Part shown: piece after piece, positions 36,033 to 51,000 of the stretch | Layout: each line of letters begins with the position of its first letter | Numbering within the stretch: the stretch's first letter is position 1 | NCBI GenBank assembly: GCA_002269645.1 | Contig: NIVC01003111.1 | Span: 1-64,000 of the forward strand | Direction of reading: 5' to 3' | DNA: 64,000 nt | DNA from: Macrostomum lignano | Lineage: Eukaryota | Made by a program: the position numbers and the translations under genes | The notes under the pieces: model-generated | What the model saw: the letters and a program-made list of their open reading frames with translations, nothing else | Told to the model about the DNA's origin: nothing | The model's database searches: none

Positions 36033-39000
36033 TCATTTAAACGCAGCCTCGATCATATCGCCTCCCATGTTGGACTTTTGCTTCCCGGTCATCGGCCTCG
36101 GCGGCACCAGCCTTCCTAGGGCAGCTTTGTCGCCGCTCTTCTTGTGCTGCTCCTCCCATTTCTGCTGTCGCTTTCGCTCGCGCTCGCGCTCCTTGGACAG
36201 CTCCTGCAGGAGGGTGGGTAGCGGCGTTCCGGCATCTGAGGCCTTTGAGGAAGCTGGTTCTGGACACTGATGCTTATTAGACCTTAGAACTTATCCCGCG
36301 GAAATGAAAGCTACCAGTGGAATTCATCAGTCCCAGTGCTTTGCAGTGAATTGACCAAATATTTCAGAAGCATTCAGTGACAGATGGAAAAAACGTGTAT
36401 CTGATCATATTTCGATGTTTCATAGAAAAATTTCTATTATCCACGGCCATCAGGATCCGATAGAACTAAGAGCTCGCTAGAGTTTTTCGTTTGATAAAAA
36501 CTCTTTCTTTTACATTTTCCGCCTCACCTAGCTCGTACTCGCATCAGGTCATCTTAAAACCACGACTCCTCTTATGTCTTCCAGTGTTGATTGGTTAGGC
36601 AAAGAAAGTTAAGATATGTCACACGTCTACGTAATTTCTTTACCTCCTCCTTCCACTTGCGGACTAAATATGAGACCTGGCTGAGCAGAGTCTCCAGCTT
36701 CGCCTCCTCCCTGTTGTCCTCAGCCGCCTCCAGCGTCATCGACTTGTTCAAAGGAAAGTAGTCAAGTCGCTCATTCTCGAACTGAAATTGAGTATTTCAA
36801 GTTTGCAAGGCCATGTTTCTTTAAATTTTATAATCAGTTTATGATTTTTTTTACTTTGTTATTTGGCCTCTAATGTAATGTAAAGAGGATTCGCATAATT
36901 TTTTGGACAAAGGTCACAGAAACTATGACGGATCGTTTTCGACAAATTAGCTCAAGACAAAACTAGCACTTATAATTAATTATCAAACCGCAAACCGGAA
37001 ACAAGCAAAAACTAGCAAACCGGAAGCAAGTAAGGTCAACTCACCAGTCGCCAGACGTAGAGTTCAATGGCAGTGTAGTCGTTAAATCTGGTTTCGTCCA
37101 GGTAGAGAATGAAGAAAAGGTAGGCCCACTGGTTGTGCTCCTCTTTCACGTGCTTCTCAAAGCCCTTAAGATAAAGAGGTTTTGTTTAAAAATGTAAACA
37201 CCATGCATACGGCGCCTGAGATTGAGTCAGGAATTCACCCGCTTCAACTATCCAGGATAACAAAAAGTACATTGAGGGTTTTGAGCACGGTCAGCGCATG
37301 CAGCTCCAATCAAACACAGAATTGACTCACTTCTCCATGGTGCTCGAAATCGTAGGCATTCCTGGAGCAGATGAAGCACACGGATGTCATGTCCTGGTCG
37401 ATCTGCCATTTGGAGTCTCTCAGCTCGCTGAAGGTGTCCACGATGATGCCGAAGATGATGTTCAGTCCGATGGTGGTGATAATGATGAAGAAGGAGATGT
37501 CGAAGATGGCTTTCACCAGGTGGTACGTGAATGACGTACCAATCGGAACCGAAAGGTACTGAAAAAAATCGGTTTTTGGTGATTATCCCAGGAAAACGAG
37601 TAAAATAAGTCCTAAAACGTGCGCTCCATTACGACGTATGCAAATGGAAGCATTAAGCACATAATGCAACAGAAAAGATAAAGCATTATAAAAAGAGGAT
37701 GAAGGCTAGTACAGCGATAGCCAGGTTCGATTGCACAACACCAATTTTCATATCGTGAGAAAATATGCGATTACGCGGCAAGTAAAAATTCCGGTGTCCA
37801 GTTTTTGGAGACGCATCCTGCGTTAACCTATTTATGGCGTTAATGAAATACAAAAGTATGAAACATGTTATTTGTTATACCTGTACTGAGGCTAAACTCG
37901 TGATAAAAATGTCAGTCTTTCGGACTACGAGCCATGTAATGCTAAAAGAAAATAACGTTGAAATAAACCAGCTTAACTGTATTTGCGCCTTGTAATATTT
38001 TTGAGTGTTTTGTCTGCTCGTTTCATTCTCCATTCTCCAGCACTCCCTGATAACCCAAAAAAGTATATGGGCGTAGTTTTTTATCGGTCGCTGGTAACCT
38101 CTTAACAGCTAAATCACTTTGTTATTCAGTACTAGAAGCTCCGAGCGTAATTTATCATTTATATCATTTAATTTATCATATACTAAAAATTACTAATAAA
38201 AATGCCAGTACAGTTACGATTTTTAACATTTGTACGAGCTACATTAATATTATATTTCGAAGAATTCCTACTCACATCATAGATTCCAGCAATGAGACCC
38301 CGGTGGATGACGGTCACCGTGCACTGGTACATGGTCTCGCAGTAGTTGCCCAACGAGCTGTCATAAATGCCTCGATAGAAGGCGAAGCTGAGCAGGGCAT
38401 AGATAAAGAAGAACGCCAAGGAGTAGATGAGCACCCACAGTAGAGACAGGCCTGGAGAGAAGGGATCATGTACAATGGAACATCATGGAAATGCTGTATA
38501 TTAGGTGCATAGCTTGCATTGCCAATCGGACTGGGCGCTCACCGTTCTTCGTCACCGCCTGGATGACTCGAGAAAGCAGCTGATTGTGTCTCGCAATGTG
38601 CAGCAGGTGGAACGCAAAGAAATAGCCGTAGAAGATGGTGCCGAGAATTGAGAAGGCCAGGAAAATGATGTAGTAAAAGGTGGAAAAGCTGAACACGGAC
38701 GCCTGGAGTTTCCCGCCAGCTTCTTCCTCGCCTTCTTCAGCGTCCTTTGGAGCGACGCCAACCAGCTGTCTAAGATTTCGAAAAATGAAATGAATATAAG
38801 TCTTTTTTAAATGAATAAAGCTCACATCAGTTTTTGTAAAAACAGATAATACGACTTCATACTTTTGTTACAAAGATGCCCAAATTATACCCTGTAATAT
38901 ACCACGCTTATCTGCCATTCGGGACATCGCAAAAAAAGTTGAAACACCACGCATTTTGCTTTGTCTTAGACAAAGACAAACTGTAGCACGAGCGGCGTTA

Positions 39001-42000
39001 AGAGGTTTTACGCTCGTAACCCATGTTCACAATCTTCATGTAGCGTTTCTGCGTAACTGCAGAGCTTGCACGAAATTTGTACTGTCGTACCAAATGCTGA
39101 TTTGGATTGTGGTTCTAAACGGCCTACAGTACTAGTTTATTAAATTAAAGTCAATAATTAGACGCAAAAATTGTCTGCTTACGACCAGAAATTTCGAATC
39201 TGTCTCGGGCTCGGCACGTATGGATTGTTGCTAAGGAAGAAGCTAATCAGCACGAACAAGCTCAGAATGTTGTGCGAAATGCCAAGCACGTAAGTCGCGT
39301 ACACAGCAGCGTCCGTGCGAACTGGCACGGGGTTGTTCACACTGTCTGGTTTGGTCCAGTCGACTAAAATCACAATGCTGATTGCCAGGCTCAGGATGAT
39401 GCACAGGATGTTGAAGGCCTTCCAGCCGTGCACGAAGAAGGAGCCGAGCGGGTTGCTGAGTACCCGCTTCTGCCACTTGATGTCCTTGATGATCTCGCGC
39501 AACCAGTCGGAGAAGTCACGCAGCTTGTTGGTTGGAGAGGACCTGAGAAAGATAGGAAATTATAAATTTAGTTCAAATTCGAGATTTACAGACCCAGAGC
39601 TTCATTGTTTGAATAGCCTTGCCGCTCTGCGTCAAGCCACAAGTACAAGTTTAGCATCTTAAATGTTCATTGATAATTCTATTACTTAAAACCTTTCGAA
39701 TTACAGACGCATCTCTGGCAGGCTAAATTACCCTATGGATGTATCAAATCAGATGTAATGCGGAGTCAGATAAATCAAATTAATTACCACAATCGTCGAT
39801 GTACATGTAAAGACTATGGGAAGTGACAATGATAGTCTGTAACTATTCGCGACAACTTAAAGTCGACGGGAGAGTTACGAGCTATGCATGTTTCCACCTT
39901 CTTTGAACTATTCAACCAATCTCAGAGGGACTGTACAACGGCCCTAACTTCCTCGCCACGAGAGCACTCGTTCACTTTTGAAGGCCCTGCATAGATGATA
40001 CAAGTGCATCCCATGACATGCAAATGGCAGTTTTTAAAATCCTACCTGTCGACTTCGTACTTAAAAAGCTCCTTTACGTCTTCTCGCAAAACTTTCGGAT
40101 CCTTTACTCGGAAGTAGACTTTCTGCAGGGTTTCGTCCTTAAGCACTTCGATTGACATTGTGTTTGACTGATAGAAGTCCCAGATGAGTCGCATCTCTTC
40201 TGCGTCTGCGTCCTTCTCAATCATTCGCTCAAAGTCAAAGTTCGACTGCTTGTCCAGATCCCGAAATCGGAGGAAAATATGGAAGTACTTGAATCCTACC
40301 GTGATGATCATCTCTTGAGACTCCTTGCTCAAAGCTTCATCGAGATGTCGCCGGTAGCAGTCAATGAAAACATTGCGGATGCTCTCCGCATCCATTGTGT
40401 CCTTCACTTCATCTGCCACACCAGCAGCAGGTTTAGCTTGCTTTTCCGCTGACAAAGTGTTGGAACCCGCAGCATCATGTAGCTCAGCTGGATCAGGTTC
40501 GCTGCCTCTCTTGACATTTTCCTCAATCATCGCGATGATGAGATTTGCGATGGATCTCTTCATGCTCATCTCATCCAATAGGCCGAACTTGGCATATGAC
40601 TGCTTCGAACGCAACAGGTAGTTCATGTAGTCGCACACCTTGTTGTCGAAACACACGGCCTGGTTACTGAGATTGCCTGAGGCGAATTCCACAAGAGTAT
40701 CGAATATTTGAATGATTAAAGAGATGTTGGACTTGTTGATTGAAGTGTAGGTCAGGCCGAGGAAGCGTGACGTCTCGGCTACCAGGTTGATCGACTTGAT
40801 ATTGTCCGGTTGCTCTCTCAGGTAGTCTTGCAGCCGTGTGTTCTGTCCGTCGCATATGTAAGCGAGCACTCGAAGCACCAGCTCGATGTAGCCTTCGTCC
40901 TTCATTTGTAGATTCTCGTTCTCCATGACTACTCTCATAGCCAGCTCTTCGATGTCGGCGTCGTCAACGGCTGAAGGGGGTCCCACGTTGCTAGGCTGCA
41001 CTGGAGCGACGCGGTTCTCGGGCAGCAAGCCGACGGCCTGGCCGTTGCCCAGCCTGTCCTTTGATCCGCCAGCTGCAGCAGCAGACTGGGTGCTTGTCTG
41101 CCCGTGCAGACTAGCTTGCGAGCCTCGGATCTGCGCCATCGAGCCTTCTGCGCGTTGAAGCCGGCGTCGCAGCTCGGCTGTGCTGCCCCTCATCCGGGAC
41201 GCGCTGCCTCTCAAGCTTGACCTGCTGGCCTGCATGCTCATCAGCATTGAGCCGAGCTTGTTGCCTTGCATGGCTTCAGCGGAGACGCGGCCCTCCTTGA
41301 TCGCCTGTTGAAGGTCGCGCATTTCGGCAATGGCCTCCTCGATCTTTGCTTGATGCTGGCTGAGGAGTGCTCGGCTGTAAATATGGAAAGAAAATATTTA
41401 GCAATGGAATTTAGTACAAAAGAAGACGACAAAAAACAGTAGTTCACGTATAGCTCAAATTCCTAAATTGTATCAAAAATATTTTTGGCTCAATTTTAAA
41501 TTATCTTAAATAAACAAGAAATTTGTCCGTGTTATTGTATTTTTATTCGATTGTACACTCTCAAGGAGAGTGATGTATCTTTTTGCGTGTAGTTTAGTTT
41601 TAGGCCATTTAGGTTACGATCTTTACAATGCTCAAGAGCATATCTTAGTACTTACTTTTCTTTCCAGGCCATGGACGACAAGGTCATCCGTTCCTTCACA
41701 GCCAGAAAAAACTTTTCCTCCCGGGTGTTGTAGAAATAATCGATCAAACTTTCCTGAACCTCTTCGTTTCCATTGAACAGCATGTTGGCAAGGAATCCGA
41801 GCACCTCGCGAACGATCTGGTCCGACGCTTTTGACAAGTGCGGCAGCACTTTCAGCATGGCATCGTGCTTGTTGAGCGAATTCTGCACTTGCGAGATGAC
41901 CTCGATAAGCCTAGATGAGAATGCAGAGGCTGGGGTCAACTGATTGTGTTCAAAAGATTCTGCTGACTGCTACACTTGGTATTAAAATCAGTGCTAAAAG

Positions 42001-45000
42001 TTTCTACGACTACCACAGGTACGAGCTAGATGGGCCACTCAGCAAATTTGCGTGTAAGCTACTTTCAGTTCAGTAGTAAGTTAAACACTGTATTTTAATG
42101 TATTTTAAGGAAGCATTTTAATGTATTTTTAAAGCCAAGGCTCATTTAATGGCTCTCACCCCCAGCATAAACCCTTTAACCACACCTTTCACACTACCCC
42201 GGCCCCAATTTTTATTGTCTTTCAGTGGACTGGTCAATGTACATTGTTCATGAACCAATTAGCAAGTTGTTTACGCTTGCAATCCTGGCTTCTAAACTTA
42301 TCAAAGTTGTTTATCGGCCTTTATCTTTTTAAAATAACTTACAGTAAACAGTAAACAGTAAAGACACACCACTACGCACACACACACGCACAAGCTTCAA
42401 TATTAGTTGCAAGCCTTACACACAGAAAAGTTTGGCTAAATATCATCAATTGCACGAAATGTGGCGTTACCTGGACAGGTCGCTTTGTCCCATTCGAGTC
42501 AGTCTGAAAGTAAGTCACCGATAATTTCACATGAGACTTTGTCATTATGTATTTAGATCTAAAAGCACTTACTCCTTGGTGTCAGCGCTGTCAAAGTCGT
42601 CCGGAAGCTTCACAATTTCGTTGTGCACCATGGCCCGCAGCAGCTGCAGGCATTTCAGATCAAGGATTTCCTGCTCGACCCGCTCCTTCTCGTTGGTGAG
42701 CTCCATTTGATTGGAAATGCTGCGGGTGCACAATGAGACCCGCATTTGAACTGTACCGCTAATGTGCAAATTCCATTTTGCTGGCTGACTGTCGCATAAA
42801 GTGAAAAGGAACTCAAACCTCGGATAAAGAAAAAAATCTTTAAAGCCATACTCACTGCAGCTGTTCCACTAGCTTTCCCGCCAGCTGGAACTTGAGCGGA
42901 TCCGATACAGGCCTATCAGTATCGATGAAGCAATTCATGTGGTTCTGGAACTCTTTACCGAGCGGTAGCTCTTCATCGCTGCCAATCTCGGTGTATTCTG
43001 TGGTGAAGCAAAAGCAAAGCATTGCAAGAAATAATCTGAACCTAGGAGGTCAGTCAGCGCCAGAAATGATCCCTTACCCAAATCACTGGGAAAGCCGATC
43101 TGCACCCGCAGCGTGTTTTCACCGCCGTAGGCAATGCTGTAGTTCAATGCGAATACATTCAGCTGGGCGTTCAGCTCTTCCTCCGTGCTGTAGTACTCTT
43201 CGTATTGCTGAAATAGAAGATTGTATCGTCCATAAAAGCCAGAAAGGACTTCCTTTAATTTTTATTTGTATTAATGGGGTTGTAGCATAGTGGTTAGAGC
43301 ATCTAACTAAAAAAGAACGTCTTTAACTCTAAAGCGTTTCAGCTGATGTATTTGACTGATTACGTCTGCGTACTTTTCTTCCTTCAGTTCGTGCGTCCCA
43401 ATTGAATTGCATCGCTGATCCGTACTTGCTCTGAAATTCTTCCATAGCCTGGCAAAAGGTACATAGTTGTTGTTAGAATGCGTTTTTACTTATGCATAAA
43501 AACGCACTGGATAGGGTCAAATATATGTGTCACCTTGGTCGGCAAAGTGCTGACGGTGAACAGTGTTGTGGTGCAGCCCAGGAGTGTCTTGACGTACTTT
43601 TCATCCGAAGCCAACGGCATGATTGCGTCGACAAACGTCTAAAATGCAAAAGTATTTGATTCTGTGGGTTCACGTGATAACTCTCCTTTCCTACAAGAAT
43701 ATCATATCTTACCATCAGGACTGAGACCAGTTTGTTTATCTCGTCGATCTCCATAGGATACTCTTCCAAATCCTTCAGGAATATATTTTTGAAGAAAACC
43801 TAAAAAATTTTGGGAAAAAATTATGATTTCACTGATATGCACTGAAGCTTTTGTAGTCACTTTCATGATTTCTGGCCTACATTCATGATGGGCAGCCCGC
43901 CTTCAAATAGGAACTTCAGGGTGCCATGAACAGTCCCATCCGAGATGTTCGCATTGCTGCTACCACTCGAGCTGAAAATTATAGCAACACTGAATTAGAT
44001 CCGTCTGGGCGAGGACAACTCAAGGACAGAGTAGTGCAAACTTACACTTGTTGCGGCGCTTCCACATTTGTCTCTTCCTTGCTGCCTTTTGCTGACTTAG
44101 GAATTGAATTTTGCCTAAAATTAATCAAAGGAAAAATTATCCCAAATTTTAAACTGACTGATACTGTATTTTAACTTATTTCTGACGTTGCCATTTGTAT
44201 GCAATAGAACAAAAACTCACTTCTTCAAGACGCGAACCTTTAGCAGCTGTCGAACGAGCTGCGGGCTCTCCACGGCGAGCTCCGCCATGCGACTCAGGTC
44301 CTCCCTCACCATGCCGAACAGCTGCCACATGTTGGCGTCGTGCGGCAGGTCTCCGGCTCCGCTCTCGATGAGCCCGCCGGCCGTGTTGAGGTAGACCCAC
44401 AGCAGGAAGCGCGCGAATGGCCGCTTGTTGTGGTTCGGGATGGCGGGGTCCGTCAGAATCGCCAGCACGTCGCTCACCTTGTAGATGGTCTGGTTGATGG
44501 ACTCGATGAAGCGGTTCTCGCCCTCAGCACAGGTAGCCAGCAGGTCGACCAGAGCGATCATGTAGTCGGACTCCGGCGATTGGGAGGCTGAACGGAGCAG
44601 CTTAAATTGAGCTTCCTTTGGTTGATCGAGGCACTGAGCCACATCGGCTCGATGCTGCATGAAGTACTTCATTACGTAGGCCTGGTTGCGCTTGAGCGGC
44701 AAGTCCAGCTCCTCCACCTTCACCAGAGCGTTGAGCATGTCCAGAAACTCTGGGGCTTTCGACCCATGCTGCGCCACGAGAGCCATTGCTCTGGCGATTT
44801 GGTGCGGCAGAACTTTCATGCAGGTGTTCTTATTTCCAGTGAACACCTCAGCGAGAGCCAGGGCCAGCTCGGACTCGGCGCCAACGCAGCTCAGCAGGGC
44901 GTCCAGGCGATCGAACAGGTGGTTTTGTACGACCGCGTTTCCTCTGGCCATGAGGCGCAGCAGGCTGAAGCACTTGGCGAACACTTTGCGAAGTCCGCTG

Positions 45001-48000
45001 TACTCGTCCTAATAATAAAATTTAAGTTTGAGCCTATTTTTGAAAAGTAAACTTGTAATTATTTGTAAAGAACATTTTAAAAAGAAAATTCCATGAGAGG
45101 AAAAACATTTCGCAAATGAAGTGGACTTGCTGGCTTTAGAACTTGAAGTTACGAGCGTATAATATGAATTTTACCTAATATTGAGACTTACCAGCAAGTT
45201 AATATCCACGTCTTGAGAAACCAGGTCAAAGATCTCATTTAGTATGCCGTGGTTGTACAGAATGGCCTGATTCATCGGGTGCCTCTCTTCTGGCTCGTCG
45301 TCCAGGTGGCAAACTCTGATTGAAGGGAATAAATGAAAATTTTGATTTATTCGTTCCCTTTAATGTAGGCTGTACTAACAAAATATCTTCCGATTTTGCT
45401 TACTTGCAGAACTTCGTTAAAATTGCGCACATCTTTTCCACGTCTGCTTTGGTCATCTTAGAGCCGATAAGTCGGCGCATCACGTGACTCTCTTCCTCGA
45501 CCATCTTGTGCACGGCTACAGACCTGTCTGTGATGAGCACCTGGGCCAGCACTGCACGCTTGAAGAGCAGGTTGTAAGCGGAGTGGTAACGGTTAATCAG
45601 CCACATAGACATCTGCACCATCTTCGGGTAGTCGTAGTTGCTCAGGTCCTGAAATTTTTTATCTTAGTCACTTTCAACATACTCAATGGTTAATGGTGGG
45701 TTTAGGCAGCTCACCAGCAAAACCTGCACAATGTCGAAGTCCTTGAAGTAGGCAGATTCCGATAATATTCCGGCCAAGCGTTGGCATGCGACGGAATCCA
45801 CGCTGAAAATGGATGAGCACTATGCTCTTATCTCCCGTAAGCTAAAAATTCTGACTCTCTCACATCGTTTCCAAGAAGCTCACCTTTCATTAAGCTCATA
45901 TGTCTCGCTGAGCAAAGCTGTCAAAGCGTCCTGAGTGGATGAGCTCGTACTCTGCGCCAACTGGTGAATTTCTTTGAACTCGGCAACAAATCGCCTCAGG
46001 CGGACATTGAAACGGAAGTTGAAGAGCAAGTCTAGAACTCGCATCGCTCTGAAAATACAGTTTGCAGATTCTACAAGTATTTTCTACACCTGTGTCCGAA
46101 AGTGAGATTCGAACTCGTGAGCTGCTCTGAGTTGTCACTTGGTAAACTGAAATTGGACTGCACCTTTGGTCACTTACTCGAACATCTATCTGATATTCAA
46201 CAGTTTAACACTCTTTCCTTTCTACTTTTTCTATAGGCGACCTCGCATACATGCACTTCATGTGCAAGTACTGGGCAAATGCTCAAGAAATCTTACTCGT
46301 ATTTTGCGTCCACCACGGCTTTCGTCTCTCTAGATTGCTTGAATCGATCACCAGTTCGATAGTGCTGAAGCACCTTGTCGTAGTCGGCAGTTACAGCTGC
46401 AGTGAGGAAAAGATTGATTTCACACCAGTATGAGAAACCCGCATAAAGTTACCTGTGTGGTCTGAAGACAATATTTTAGTACGATAACAGTTCCTCACAA
46501 GAAGTTATCGGTGCAATCAGTTTCTATGAAATATTAATTCCAAATAAGCTATCAGACAACATTCGTGACAAATGAAAAATAAATATTTGTGTAGAATGAC
46601 AAAGGCCTGTGCATGTAGCTCGTACTATGTATTTTTTTACTCTACGTAAATAGCTTTCAATATTAACAGTAAATCGAATTTAATAAATTAATAAAATGTA
46701 AAAAAAATTATTCCATTTTCTTGTGAACAGCTTCTTAGTGGATACAATTAACTAAAACTAATGTTTTGCACAGTACAATTCCTCGTCAGAACTTTTGAAC
46801 AGAATTAATAAACTTTTTAATTTAAAAAATATTTTGTGAAATGAAAAATCTAAATATGAATGTGAACTTAATAGCCAGTTGAGTGCGTAACAAATGCACG
46901 AGAGCTTTGTGAGATCAACAGATAAATAAAGATTTTTACATCCTGCAACATTAGCAACCATGCCACCCAATAGAGCTCCTGCAAGTGTTAAAGATAATAG
47001 ATTTTATTCTTCTTTACCTAACTGGGATTACCTCAGTTTTAAGCCTCTTTAGAGACTTCAATAGATTTTTCAAATAGATCAGGTTACCTTTTGGCAGCGG
47101 CTTGTCGTTTCGTCCGTCCAGCAGATCCAGCAGCGGCTTGAGAAGCTTCTTGATGTCGGTGGTGGAGTTGTAGTATCCGAACCTCACCAGGTAATGCAGC
47201 ATCTGCATTACGTGCGCCAGCAAAATGTTGTGCCCGACCTCCGAGGCCGTCATGTCGTGGTTCTGGTCCAAGAAGCCCTCCAACCAGTCTCGAAGTGCTG
47301 GGAAGTAGCGCTGAGTCGATGCCTTCCTGGATGTGTCCTGAAATTAACAGGTCAGAAGCTATGGCTGGAGACTCACAATAGCAAATGTTGAGCTTGAATG
47401 CTCAATCTTTATTTGGATTCTGAAACCTACAATCTCTACTAGCTGAGTAGCCTGCTGCTCCTTGCTGCGCTTTGCAATATCGTCATAGACGAAGGTGAGG
47501 TCGATCTTGTCCAGCACGCTGATATTGTCGTCAACGTCCACGAACATGGTGGTGATGAGCTCGCAGTACTTGGCTCGCAGCTGGTCCGGCAGCTCCTCAT
47601 CGGTGAGGCAGATGAAAGCCTCATTCCAGGTGAGGTAGTTGAGCCGCTTTGTGATCACCTCGATTGACTTTGCGTTGCGACCCTGGATTTATATGGAATG
47701 CGACAATGTACTTAAAATCAGCATGAAAGAGCAATGGGTTCAGTTTACGCACAAAAAATGATGCTGTTGTCTTCATTTACCTGACAAAGCTTGCCGAACA
47801 GGTCGAGTTGATGCTCCAGAAAAAGGAAGTCTTGTATTATTGTAGCGTTTTGCTGTAATGAAATCATTTCACGGGTACATCGCATTCAATAAGGTTGAGT
47901 TGAGTTAAAGCGCAAACTTCCATAAATCCGAGGCAAAGCCAAACCGGATGTGCTGGCTCGAAAATTGATGCTACTGGTTTGATAGGCGTTACCTGGCAAT

Positions 48001-51000
48001 GGGCCTTTGTCTTTTCTTCAGTGGTTTACGAACATTTGTACTTTAGTGACGTCGTTTATTAACTCCCACCATGAGCTACTTGTGTTTGCACTTTCCACAT
48101 TCATCTCAAATTTGACGCCCCGGAACTCAAGCTTGTTGCTAAAGCTACTCATACTAATGAAATACCTATGTCGCAATTCGGCTTTAAGGCAGAATGGTGC
48201 TCACCTCTTCAGGGCTAAGCTTCCGTGCGTTGCGTTTCTTCTTGCGTGACTTGACGTGCGTGATCTGCACTGAGCCGTCAGAGTTAAGCTTTGATGAAGC
48301 GACCGCTGATTGATACTTCAACCAAGTAATATGAAAATTTTTTAAATTTGTTGGTTTGCAGATGCAATTCAAGAACTTGGTTTTGATATATAAGTATGCA
48401 CTAAAAAGTGCCTCACATCTTTAGCAAAGTTGGCAAGCGATGTCCAACGTCTTCTGTTGTCAGTGGACACGAACACTTTGTCTTTCTCTTTGCCCACCTC
48501 CTGTCCAAGATCCGTGAAGAAGACCAGACAGAAATTCTTGCCCTCCACCAGCCATTTCTCAGTGATGTAGTTCTGGTTCTCCGGCATGCTCAAACCGTCG
48601 CAGACGCACAAAATGCTCAGCAGTTCGATATACCGAAAGTTCTTTAGGGAGTCGATTATGGAAATTTCTTGCACTCATTGCCTGCAGCAAAACTCTCTGA
48701 AGGTATTTTATCTGTCTCCCATTATCCTTACCCGATTCTGTTTGAGAAGCTCCATTATCTCGTCGATGTAGCTAGTAGGAATGCGGTCAACAATCTTTCT
48801 GTTATCCATGATAAGCTCCTTGATCATGTGAGCGGCGCTGAGACCCACTTCCTCCTGGGTAAGAAGCAGTTTTTTTATTAAGCGCAAAACTCTGACGCTA
48901 CGTTCACGAATGTTAGCAGGAAATTCACACTTTAGAAAGTTACAACGGATGAAAGTATGCATTTTTGGCAAATTGGTTCATCGTAAATTAGAGATTCGAA
49001 CTCGTGATAGGCCAGAACCAGTTTTTGAGTTCTTACTCGCTGTAATCTGGTATTAACCCCGTTGAGCCAGGGCCCACATGTAAAAATCCTAAGTTCTATT
49101 AAACTAACAGTGAATTAAATTTTTGCTCACACTATCAGAGATCTGCATTCTTTCTTTGCTACTTTTCAGTAGGCAATATGCAGTAGGGATGGAGATAAGA
49201 TTATCACACACAATCTATTTCTGTTAAATTCAGACTATCTCTGAAACAAGTATGATTTTACCTCTTGTTATTTGTGTTGCACGCAGCAAAAACTCCAATC
49301 GCTAGCATGAGTTAGTGGTTAAAATTGTGAATTTGAAGCCACACTATCAGTGTTGTATGGCACTTACGCAATCTGAGGAAGTCTGAAAAGTGAAAGGCAG
49401 TTCATCTTTACGATGCACAATTTCTGGTGAAGAGTACTTCTTTTTGCCTGGCTTTTATTAGTATCGATTGATTTTTACTATGAATTCCTGATTTCTGGAG
49501 AGATATCAACCAACAAACCTCACCTCAAGGACAATTTGGCTGCGAAAGAAGTCAATGTGCTTCGCTATGTAGAGCTCATTTTTGCGACAGTCGCCCATCA
49601 GGTAGGTGTACAGGACTTCGTAGCACTCTACAAAAATCTTCACCAGATACTGCTGGTCGGCTGCTCCTCGGAATGGCGTCTGCAGCAGCCGCACCAGCAG
49701 CTCCACGATCTGCTCAAGTGCACGTTTGGTTAAAAAGATTAACACGAGTTCTCCCACCATTCTTTTTGACTCAAGTACTGAAGTACTAACAAAGCCACTT
49801 ACCCTAAGATTCCTGAGCAGCTTCTGCCGCTTCTTGACCGGCTCGCTGTTGACGATCATGAAGTCGCGCAGCTCGCCCAGCGCCGTGACAATCAAATGAC
49901 AGCGGTAGGCGTTCAGATGAACTGCATCTGGCTGCTGCTTTCGCTGAAATGTTTTGTTACCGATTAGTCAGAGAAGCATTGGTTTCCTCAGCCAAACTAT
50001 TATTCAGACTCAAAGTTAAATAAAATAGCAAAAGTGCGTCATTTCATTGTAAAGTGCAAAATGTGGTGAGAAAGAAACATCTGTGCGACTTATATACAGT
50101 GAGATCGGTGCAAAGAACAAATACTACATGAACTTTCGATTTCACTGACAAACATCTCCGTAGCGGAATTGTGAATAATCTGTTAGATGTTAATCGATAA
50201 ACTTTATGTATTAGGGTGTGTTTGAATTTTTTCATAGAAAGGTAAAATAACCATGTTACCTCCCCAGCAGCAGATCCAGTTGGCTTGGCCGACTTATCGC
50301 CACGAAGCTAAAAGCAAGCCAGTTAAACACGCAAGGTCAGCTGCTGAACCTCAAGTTAAATCCCCCGGGGGTTTAATAGCTCGTACTGGCTCTCGTTTTG
50401 TGTCTACAGGTTCCGAGCAAAGAAAATTTCTCCTCGAAAATCAACAATTATCGAAAAACTTCCCGCGCTTCTCTCACCTCGTGGCAGAGTTTCTGGACGA
50501 ATGGCACGGCGCCGGCTGCATAGTTGAAAATGTTCACCAGGTCCTCCTCAACAGCGTAGATGGTAAAGGCGTCATCGAACTGCATCTCCTGGACTATGCC
50601 TACCTGTTGTCATTGTGGATAAGAGACCGTTTTGACAAATGTTGTATGGAACGTAAACTGGTCGAAAATGAATATGGGGAAGGTACTTTTCCAGGGTCAG
50701 CTCGCTGGGGGGGTCAGTCAATTTCATGGGAAAGGGTAGTTTTTAATAACCCTTAAAATAACGTTTCATTCAAGCTCCCACTCCCAGTTTTTTAATTGAG
50801 CACTGAAGCTGTCTGAAAAAAGAAAAGTACAGCTCGCACTAGTAAATTAGTTCGGCAGCTGCCCCCTCCCATCTCCAAAGTTCCGATGCGTTCGCTGCAA
50901 AATCCTTCCTCTTACCTTCTTCAATGGCGCCTGGGACCACACCAAACCGGCCATCGAGTTGGAACTGCCGGTCTCTTTGTCAATAGCTTTTCGAACGTAG

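Noticed and set aside
44046-44114. Apparent frameshift in gene 3 exon 22
   Set aside because: Resolved by the upstream acceptor ttttag| at 44115, giving a 69-nt in-frame exon with a gtaagt donor.
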